A DNA stretch of 64,000 bases from Bugula neritina. Its lineage: Eukaryota > Animalia > Bryozoa. Positions 53,862 to 64,000 of this stretch are shown piece by piece (positions within the stretch are counted from its first letter, which is position 1; each line of letters starts with the position of its first letter). The stretch is taken from positions 20,443,700-20,507,699 of the forward strand of contig OZ037768.1 in assembly GCA_964035545.1 (NCBI GenBank). The letters run 5' to 3'. The position numbers were made by a program, and so were the translations under genes. The notes beneath the pieces were generated by a model that worked only from the letters and a program-made list of their open reading frames with translations, did no database searches and had not been told where the DNA came from.

Positions 53862-56800
53862 ATGATTGGTGCTCAGGCTACGTCAGGTCGAGTACATCCT
53901 GAAGGTCAAAGTCTTGCTAATTCAGCAACAGGAGAGAGTGATTTAGACAAACAGGTTAGTCTGCCTTACCTAATTCAGTAACAAAGTGGATTTGGGGGGG
54001 GGGGTTTATGGATCTCACCTGTATATGTGAAATGCTGTAGTGACCAAGTGGAACATTACCATCAGATTTCTGTTTTTGTTTGTTCTTATTAAACTTTGAA
54101 CAGTCTGTATTCAGTTTTTGATGTAAAGTCTAGACTCTGTATTCAGGTTTTCATCTCTGTGAAAATATTTTGGAAGACTTCAGATTCATGAGGTTACCAA
54201 AGCCGTCAGATATAAAAAATGCAGTAATTATTGCAATTTTGGTAAATTTTCGTGTAGTTGAGTAGTTTTATTTCCTAGTGGAAAGAGGGAGCTGACCAAC
54301 AGGGTATCCTATTGTAGTAAATATGATATAATGCATGTAATTATATACTGAAATGCAGTAAATTCTGCAGTTTTGCTCTAACTGATACATATTATGCTAA
54401 GTTAGTAATTCCCATAGCTGAGTTAGAATTAAAGTCTAAGTAGCTAAAGTCAGCATTAGTAGTTCCATGCCAAGTTTATAATCATGATGATGTAGCAGCA
54501 TTCAGCAGCAAAGTCTTAGGCAGCAGCAGCGGCAGCAACACTCCTTATAGTAGCTGACCTAGGTCTAAAAGTTAAAGTCAAGCAAAAACCATTTTAGCCC
54601 AGTTACTTCCTATTTACTGTTAAATCCCCGTTTCACAATTTCTAAGGGTTGTGAAATTTCCCTTATGAAACTTATAATGGCAGGAAATGGTGCCATAAAA
54701 TATGGCCCTGTCATATTAGAATGTAAACAATAAGCAACTTTATTCATACTAAAATTTGATTCATGTATATGTATTATATATAAACAAGACTTTCGGAGTT
54801 GTTGCCCTTTGCACACTATAATTTGCTGTGTTTGTCTGTAGATTGAACACCTGCGTTCGAAGTTGACCCAATCTGAGACAGCCAAGGTAGAGTTGTCAAA
54901 GGTAAGTGTATACTAGTGTGAGTGTTGCATTACAATATAGAATGTGCTACATAACTTGGCGTAACAACATGGAGGTCTCGGTCAGTTTGCTGGTACAGCT
55001 ATCAACTGGATGCAAGTTGTACATCTGACTTCAGTGGAGAGTGTGTAACTAGTAATGTGTGGGAAAGCTGCATGTAGATGTATTTGAGTGCGTTGTGAAT
55101 GAGGTACATAGATAGGTAAATAATGTTATTTTTAATTGAATACTTTGACTGCCTAATTAATAGTCCAAGTTTTAATTCATGCAGCTAATAAATTCTCCAT
55201 GGTCCAAAAAATTGGGGGCAGTTGGTAATTTTTGAGCAGATTTTGGGATTTCAACTCATTAACTATCTTAGGATTAGGTCAATAATTGAGAAGCAATTCG
55301 TTATATTTTGTAATATAACTTTGTTAAAGTCTATAAAATAAGTTCAATAAATAATATTGATTAGGAATAAGTCCTTGTAATGCCTGAAAGTGATAATTAT
55401 GAGACAGAATTACAGTCGAGGTATTATTGTAGATGAAATGATTATCATTATTAACTGTTCAAATATAAGCTAATGGTGAGAGAATACCTTGTAATCAAGA
55501 CTGGTGGAAGTTTATATTGACTCATAATATCAAAACCAAAGTTCAATGTTTGGAATCGTATATATATATATTTCTAAAATCTACTAAGTATTTCTAATCA
55601 AGAGCTAGTCATCTGGGTACAATATTCAGCATACATAGTCTAGAAATACACACATCTGTAGGCAAACTTATCCAAAGTATTTTTCAATATGCCAGCAACA
55701 TCGTATATTTAAATAGTTCTATGTAGGGGGAAGATTGCTAATTACCTATTGTCTAACCAAGAGATGAAATTTGTCACTCACTCATGTAATGTGAACTGTA
55801 GTTCCTGTTTTAGACTGAAAAATGGGTTTTAAAATCAATTTATTTAAGCAAATAACTTTAAATGTAATCATGGCTTGCAAACAGTTGAGTAATATCAAGT
55901 CTACTTGAAATTAATTTGCAAGTATTGGTTGAAATAAGAATAACCAGGAAATAAAGGTAGATGCAGTAATAAGAAGTTAAGAAAAGCCGGTGTTTTTGAT
56001 GATAAATGTAGCAAAATATTATGTGTGTGGGCTGAAGAATTCCCCCCAATTAAAATTCATTTTAAAAAACTGAAGCTATTAGAATTTAAATAGCTTTAAA
56101 AATCTGGCTCTTGCATTACCTGTGTAAGAACTATTTTATTGGTTGAGGGTAACAATAACCTGTGTGGCAAACCTATTTCCAAATAAAATTGAATGATATT
56201 TTTTCACAATTGAAAATCTTGATTGACTTGACCTATAAATGTAGGAATATTTCACATGTGAGGTTTAATTGAACCAAAATTTCAAGCAACATATAACTGT
56301 TATAATAATAAAATACAATGTTTATTATTTCATCAGCACTGCCATAACAACCTGTAAACATGTCAGCTCTAAAATTTGCTGCCGATGATCCTGACCACTC
56401 CCAGGAGATGTGTAACCACTAAGATAGAATTTTAATAAGTTTTCTTGACATCATTTTTATATGTCTTCTCCTCATTATTACAGCTGGGAATCTTGCAATT
56501 TTGATGTTTGGGATATTTTTCTGGGCATTTTGGAATAATTTATAACTTGATCAATGGATTATATTTTATATGATATGCTTTCTGATAGTGTAAAAAGTTG
56601 AAAAGATTACTGCTGCAAAAATAGAATTCTGTGATTAAATATAAGTGAGTAGATTTTTAAGTGTGTTTCTTAGTGTCTATAGAGTCTTCAGCCCTCAAGC
56701 ACAGTTACTCTATAAAAAAACAGATTAATTAAAATTTCTAGCATTTTGCAGAGACCGTAGTATAAATATATACCTATAGTTGAACAATTCTTACTGGCAA

Positions 56801-59800
56801 TGATATTCTAGGTTGTATGACATTCCGGAAACACCAGTTTATGTTTTATAACAACTGCTGTGTTTAGTATATGCCTCATGCCACCATAAGTTACAGGGCT
56901 AAAGCTAAACTGTGGTTGGGTTTCTGACATTTAGGCTAAAATTACATACCTATATCACACCAACAGTTCTCTAACCTTTTAGCAGTTAGCTAATGTTTAT
57001 AATATAAGCTACTTCTGTCTTTCAATGAAGGGTTATTGATATATTCAGGGAAAAACATTTTCCCCTCTGCATAGTTATCAGATAATCAAGTCAATGGTCG
57101 GTTAGTAGACTGAACCTAGTCTTAGTGCTTTATAATAGTTACTGTGAACGTCGAATGGCCACCCCTTCTACTTGAAGGTGTAGCTTTAAAAATACTATGG
57201 CTATGATTGCAAAACAGGAGTTTAACAGCAATTTTGCAAGATGTTGATTTGATGTAGGAACAGCAACAAACTTTATTCTAGGGGAGTATTTGTGTTTCTC
57301 CAAATTTTCCTGCTGTACTGGATTTTCGAAGCTGAAAATTTGCTCTTTCTGCTTTGGAGTTTTGAATATTTGTATAAAATTCTTACTCAGTATCTTTTGT
57401 TGATAAGTAAAAGCACGGCATCCCAGTGGTACGTTGTATCTGTGGGTGGTTTAGAATTATTATCATTTAACATCTACAGTGTTTATCAATGTTAATATTT
57501 TAAAATTAGGAGCAAAATAATCAGATTGATGTTTTTCACATTAATAGTTACTAATATTTATTTTTAGTATTGAAAAAACTGATTGTTTTTCTATTTCTGT
57601 AAGATATTTGTTAGTTCAAGTGTAGAAATTTATATAAATATAGAAAATAGAAATTCAACTCACTTAAATTCAACTGGAGCACTAGTTGATCGTGAGTAAA
57701 CAAAACCAACAAAAGCTCTTTAAACAAAACTTGTTATTCTTGTTTTCTCTCAAAGTTAAATCTTTCAAGCTTCAATTACAATACAAGTGCAATTAGCTAG
57801 TTATTTCTAGGTATATTTAGATTTACAGGGACCCTACCACTAGTTATTTGTAGCATGGGAAGTTGTCTGCTTGCTAAAGAGCCTAATCATGCCCCCAAAC
57901 CTAGTTATGAACAAATCCAAGCTAGGCAAATATATGCACTTATAATTGTTCTACAATCTACAAGCAGCTCTAAGTTGGAGGTGAAGGACTACTTTAGTTT
58001 GGGGTTCTCAAGTTTGCAGTTAGGTCCCAAACTAAAGTAGTCCTTCATCCCCAGCTTGTAGCTGCTTATAGAACAATTCCTGCACTTAGTGGAGGTTAGT
58101 GCAGAGCTGCAGTTGCACATTTCTACACACACCATACAGGTAAGCTGCCATGTAGGTAAGCTGCCATACAGGTAAACTGCCATGCAGGTAAGCTGCCATA
58201 CAGGTAAACTGCCATGCAGGTAAGCTGCCATACAGGTAAACTGCCATGCAGGTAAGCTGCCATACAGGTAAGCTGCCATGTAGGTAAGCTGCCGCACATA
58301 GTCATCTCATCATCCTACAAAGGTCTAATGTACTGTTGTATTGTTACTAGAAAAATGAGGTGCTAGAGAAAGAAAATGCAGTTCTCAAAGAGACAATACG
58401 GAGGTTTCAGACAGATGCTGGGGGTTCCAGTTTGTACGGAGAGCCTCATCTTACTATAGACAACCCAGGTTTGGTTATAGAATGTAGTATTGCTAGTTTA
58501 CTGATGCATTTACAGAACCGGTATTCATAGTATTGGATTGTGTTCTGTCTGTATGAAAAGTAGTGTATTGCTTTATATTAGGTTGTGTTATAGTATATTA
58601 TGTTTTGTTATATTATAATATGTTATGCTATATTATGTTGTTATAGAATATTATATTATGTTATTATATATTATATTATGTTATGGTATATTATGTATTA
58701 TGTTATATTGTATTATGTTATATTATATTATGCTTTATTATATTATGTTATAGTACATTATATTATAGTATATTATAGTTTATGTTATGTTAGATTATAT
58801 CATATACAAAATTAACTCTATTGGTAATAGTTGTAATGTAATTCTAGAGTAGATATACAGAATGATATGCTATCTTCAGATTACACTTTGTATTCAGAAG
58901 AGATAATGCAATAAATAAGTGACCACTGTTACTGAAAACAGTTTTTTCTAAAAAGTGTGTTATGTATAGCCATGCAACGATAATTCATTTCATCAAATTC
59001 CGCTATACCTGATATTATCTCACTGTGTCATTATAATTATTATTATATATCAATACCTTTATATTATATTTTATTATGATATTATTCTAGAAAATCAAGT
59101 ATTAAAGCAAAAGATTATACCAGCTCTAAAAGCACACAGGTTACACATTACTAAGGTATTGGACAGGTGTAAGCAGCAAAAAGATATTATCAACATGTTA
59201 GCCACTCAGCTTGAGGCTGTCAGGGCTAAAGGTCAGCAACATCCAATCATATTTCTTGATTCTTTAATATGAGGTTCTAAGTGAGGCCAGAATTGCATTT
59301 CAACAGTATAAACATGTGTAACATAAGCAATTGAAATGTAGATCGTATGAATAGAATATATGTGTAATTCTAACTATGAAAGGCTCTCTACTTCCTAGTT
59401 TAAATAAGCATTGTAAAAATTGTGACTAATAATATTATGTCATACTAGAAGGATTGGGAGTTTTCCTCTCCATATGCTTTAACTTGTACTAATTGTCTCT
59501 CTCTGCTGTAGGTTTAGACTATTCCAAGATAGGACCATCAATGTCTAGTAATGTGGTGGCTCCATTAGCAGGCCCGGCTTCCAACTATAACTTGACTCTC
59601 AGTCTAATGTCCACCGACAGTCATTTGCTTGGTTCTAGTAGACCTTCACACTTGACTGAGTCTTCTTCTGGAATGAGTAGATATTACGAGACGGCTAGGA
59701 GTGAGTCCCCACAGCGACACAGAAGGGAGCCAGTGGAGAGTAGTGACCATATATATAGCAACGACGTCAGGTCTCAGGCACTAGAGAGTGGTATAGCCAC

Positions 59801-60413
59801 ACTTCCTAACATTTCAAAACGATCTATGAAGGCTCCCCGGCCAGCACCCCGTCCAAGAACTAGCCTTAGGTCTCATGCTTCTGGCAATAGTTTAAACATG
59901 TCGGCGTCTTACAGTGGTAACATCGAAGGAGATAATAGACCTGGCACTATCACACCACATAATCTTCGTACGATTAGCGAGTCTCGTAACTCAGCTAGTC
60001 TCAACTTAGGATCTAAATCTGCTGGTATTGAACCTGTGGGGCCGTCTCACCCGAATGTACTAAGTCAAAATACAGCACCAGCTCCAGGATATACGGAACA
60101 AGATTCTGGTGCTCCAGCCAGAAACATAAAACAGGTATGCGATGTCTGTCGCAAAGACTTTTCAGATTGGTCAGTTAGACAGTTTATGGACCACTGCATA
60201 GAATGCGCTGATGACGCGACGGCTCGTGAAGAAAGGACTAAGAGTCTGGGTGAGAGTTTTACTAAAGTAGCACTGGAACATTCTAAGGAATGTCCTGTAT
60301 GTACACTAAAGTTTGGAGCAGAAGTGACTCAAAATCAGTTTGAAAATCACGTAGATGGACATTTCAGAGATGAGCACGCTAGAATTATGGGATTTGAAAC
60401 CATAGATAAATGA
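53862..60413 (+). CDS. Coiled-coil + two C-terminal UBZ-type zinc fingers; Spindle-F/TAX1BP1/TANK-like adaptor, ~390 aa; exons 53862-53954, 54842-54901, 58351-58468, 59512-60413
   Basis: Phase-consistent splicing (1173 nt). N-terminal heptads (LDKQIEHLRSKLTQSETAKVELSKKNEVLEKENAVLKETI), disordered Ser-rich middle, CDVC..FMDHCIEC and CPVCTLKF....QNQFENHVDGHF (CALCOCO/TAX1BP1 UBZ1 pattern). 5' end uncertain. Confidence 0.7.
57944..58078. other. Long intronic inverted repeat / hairpin
   Basis: 22-bp perfect stem TGAAGGACTACTTTAGTTTGGG (57982-58003) / CCCAAACTAAAGTAGTCCTTCA (58026-58047), extended imperfectly to AATTGTTCTA/TAGAACAATT. Confidence 0.85.
58132..58293 (+). repeat. 16-bp tandem repeat (CCATRYAGGTAARCTG)x10
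   Basis: AGGTAA recurs every 16 nt from 58138 to 58282. Confidence 0.95.
58570..58805. repeat. (TATTA/TGTTA)n pentamer microsatellite
   Basis: Directly visible after the donor at 58469. Confidence 0.9.
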
Positions 60414-61190
60414 AATGATTTAATATATGCTAAATATTAAATAATATATGCTTGATCCGTGATTGCAAACTCAATTCATGTTATGATTTTTATGGGTCCC
60501 TAAATGTTTTACTTCTGTTTGGTCATTAAGTCTTTAAACTCTGTTGTGCTGTTACCATGTTTGCATTTCCACTCAATGTAGAAGTGGTGTAGATTTGATT
60601 AATTATTTATAATGATGAGCTTAGATGGTAAACTGCACAAATACAATCAATCTTTTACTACTTGCTAAAACTTTTCAATAATTTTTAATTCTCTATGAAA
60701 GGTATAAGCACTGTTTCTACACCACAGTCAACTTTGTAGTTACACGTAAACAATATTGCATTAATTACCATTTTATGTGGCACTCTGTTAGACTTGAACA
60801 TCTCGGTTTCAAACAGAAATTAATTCTATAAAATTGCTTAAAGCAGCACCGAGTTGGTGGTCACTGAGTGCATTGGTTTGTTATTCCGACACCGTTGTGT
60901 ATACTAATACTGTACTTGGTGCTACTTGTAGCGATGATTCTAGTCTGTCACTACTTTACTATCTGGGTTTGTCCAAAATGAATAGAAACACCATTTTATT
61001 TGATAAACTACATTCTGTATTCTACATCTAGAAATAACCTTCATACTACAGAAAACTGTGGCGACATAGTAAATTGATAGTTCAGGGTAGTCTGTATGAT
61101 TTGGTATGAATTCTTCTCTTGGTTAAAACTGTCTACTAACTGCATTTAGTAGACTTGTTGATCGACAACCCAGTTGGTGAAGTCCAGCTC

Positions 61191-63181
61191 TCAGAGTTCA
61201 TCTTTGAGATCCACGTCACGCATGGTAGAGTCTGTAGTCAATCTCTGTTCCATCTCCGGACCAAAGTCAGTAATCTTCAGCAAATCCTGTATTTCTTCAG
61301 CTTCCTTAGTGTTGGGATCTAATACTGAAAGCACCTAACAGAAGAAAGGAGAGTTTTTTTACATTCGATGTACTGGTCTCATTATAGAACGGTGAATATT
61401 TGCAATAATGGTAAACAATTACATGACTATTTCTGACTGACCATTTGAGGTAGTAAAATATACAGAAGTGTAAGATCTGATGAGATTTACTGGGCTACAA
61501 ATTAAATTAAATAGTACTGCAAGACTTATTATTTGCCTGCATATTTCATGATTAAGCCAGCTAGGGTAGATTCTGGTGAAATTCAGCATTAAGCCAAGCT
61601 ATCGTAAAATAAAAAAATAATATTATAGAGAATAGAAACACCAGTTGAGGTTTTACTAGAATGATCCAAAGACATGCTAATCACACAAAATAAAAACATG
61701 TTGAATTGAAGTCCAGGGAAATACTAGCTCTTTAATAGAGTCAACTAGAATTTTACAATTAATAATTATAATTTTGCTACGTGATCAATAAACTCGGGGA
61801 GCAAATCGTCTCCCAACACAAGAGAATCAGTTTCATTGAAAGGTAAAATAACCACCTTTTAATTGACACCAGAACATTCTTACATTCTTGTGTTGTGGTT
61901 ACCTCAGCAGGAAGTTAAAGCAGAGCAGCTAATGGAATAAAATATCTTCCCCAAAGTAGACATTCAATATTATATCGGTTGTGCAATAGTGTGGAGCCGT
62001 ACATTGCATAGGAAGAAAAAGCAGGTCGTATATACTCTACATGACATGGTAAGTTTCCCTTTAACTCAGGGAAACCTCCCATGTCTTATCACACTGGTAC
62101 CTAAAATCTTCAGTATTTTCCTGTATCACGTGTTTTGTAAATGTTTTCATAATTTGCTATCAATTTTTATTTTTTAAATACCACCAAAAAGAACAAATTT
62201 TAAAAGTTATGCAATTCAATACACTTTAGACAAGTTTGATTGATATTCAATACAATTAATATTATCAAAGTTGTGAAAAAAATAGATTATTGCTTCTTAT
62301 TGATAGGATATTTCGCCACATTGGTGAGTAGAAAGCTTCTGATGTGAAAACATATTTTTAAGTCAGACAACTCCTAATAAATATTGTGTGCGTTTGTTGC
62401 GCAGTGTACAGTACCTTCTGATAGGCTCTTTTTGACTCTGACTTCCTCACATTCCAAAGGAAGTTAGCTCTTTCTCTAAGCAGAGTCTTGCTTTTTGGGT
62501 GCATTGAAAGGGCTGTCGTAATATCTCTCTCAGAAAGGGAAAAATTTTCTAAATTGCAAAACCATGTAAATAAATGAAGACATTATAATATTTTCATATA
62601 TTTAATACTGCAACTTATGTTATGCAGTACTAGAGGTAGTATAAGTGTAACTAAACCAAATTTATTGTTGAAATATATATTTAAAGCTTCAATAAGTTCT
62701 ATATGAAGCTAAGCAATAAGAATGTAATCTTTGCCTTGTTTACTAATAAATGATGACTTACAGAGATATAGTTGCCATATGAATACACTAACTCCTTATC
62801 TTGAATTAGTTATATTCAATTGTGAGAAACATTAAAACAATTTAAATCAGCAACTGACACAGGTGCATGACTCATGGCTGCAACTATAACTACGCTAATG
62901 AGTCAGAATACAACAAATGGCTCCAATAAGTGATCAACATTTCTGGCTCAAACTAAACATTATTTAAAAATTAAAGCATTTCTTGGCTAGATATTAAATA
63001 GCCTATTTACTGAACAGTAAGTACCACTTACTTCGATCATAGAATATTCTGCTCCTCAGTTTCAGACTATTAATAGCCCAAGGATCTATTGCGAGGATGT
63101 GATCTAGGATTCGCTCACACCGTACCGCGTCCCCTCTCTCACAGGCTATTTCACTCAGATGTGCCATGATGTCAGTATTAT
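61191..63181 (-). CDS. 3' end of a TPR-repeat protein with C-terminal KDEL; exons 63181-63032, 62548-62415, 61334-61191; upstream exons not resolved and may extend beyond the window
   Basis: In-phase GT-AG exons give DNTDIMAHLSEIACERGDAVRCERILDHILAIDPWAINSLKLRSRIFYDRKNFSLSERDITTALSMHPKSKTLLRERANFLW..AYQKVLSVLDPNTKEA...DVDLKDEL*. Helix-helix-P spacing is TPR-like. Confidence 0.7.
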
Positions 63182-64000
63182 CTGTAATAATAAAGCCTGA
63201 GGTCTGAGTATATCATAGTAGGTAGTTTATGTATCTACAAATGTTGGGAAGAAATTATATGAGGTGTTATACGTTTTTATGGAACTTAAGCACGATCCAG
63301 CACCTCCTGCACTATAATTGAACATTTCCTTTAAATAAATTTACTAAATGGTAGTTCTACATGATGTCATGCTAGTAAACTAATATGTTCATCATCTGCT
63401 AGTTAAATAGTAATAATTAACAAAATATATTACAAAATACTTTAAATAGTTTCAACAGAATGATGTTTCTTACATACATCAGTTTTAGACACAATTTTTA
63501 AAAAAAAATCAGCATATAATAGAGACTATAGAACGAAGAACTTAGTGGCTAGCAAAATTTAAAGGTGACGAACTTGAAAATTTTTTGAAGGTCACCATTA
63601 GATTTTCCAGAAGTTATGATTTATTATAATTATAAGGCCTAGTAATTATTCACTTAGAGTTGTCCTCTCTATAGGATGTGGCTGTTTCATTATTCAATTG
63701 CTCGGAGTTATACCTCCAGTAGAGTTATAAAAAGAGGTATAGTATGCATTATTTTAATGCTATATATTGAAAATAACTAATACATCGTAAGTTAGTGAAT
63801 ATTTCACCTTTATGGCTGTTAAGCCACTAATTTATTTTTGTCAAAATAAATTTAACTTGCGAATTCATTTGACTATTGATTTACATATTTCTACCTTTCG
63901 GAGCAGTTTGCAAATAATAATCTCTGTTTGACCTGCGGACTTTCTATTTTTTCTATTCAGTAGCTCATTGGATGCCAAAACACCAATCTGAGTTACTTCA

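Noticed and set aside
63895-63987. Possible further exon of the TPR-KDEL gene at the window edge
   Set aside because: The longest open frame ends in phase 0 while the next exon needs phase 1; boundaries unresolved.

Overview
AT-rich, intron-dense animal (invertebrate-type) genomic DNA, not prokaryotic. I spliced the exons by hand (GT-AG, phase-consistent) and found nine protein-coding genes: (1) 3' part of prickle (+); (2) CCM2/malcavernin (-); (3) a PRR14/Tantalus-domain gene (+), head-to-head with CCM2; (4) a kinesin-14, KIFC1/XCTK2/Ncd-like (+); (5) proteasome alpha-7 PSMA7 (-); (6) DPF/requiem/d4 BAF subunit (-); (7) an unrecognised 8-exon, ~274-aa coiled-coil gene nested antisense in the ~8 kb DPF intron (+); (8) a coiled-coil, two-zinc-finger (UBZ-type) adaptor resembling Spindle-F/TAX1BP1/TANK (+); (9) the 3' end of a TPR protein ending in KDEL (-). 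Also present: a 5'-truncated decayed LINE, two copies of a ~400-bp MITE, smaller fold-back elements and a candidate box C/D snoRNA. The most distinctive pattern is the set of intron-specific minisatellites. Many lie against exon boundaries and several are built from splice signals: nine tandem copies of a PSMA7 exon end plus donor, a branchpoint/acceptor repeat in the kinesin, and a 10x YAG|GTAAR array. Most long ORFs in the supplied track are artefacts of these repeats. Gene identities come from recalled family motifs, not database searches.
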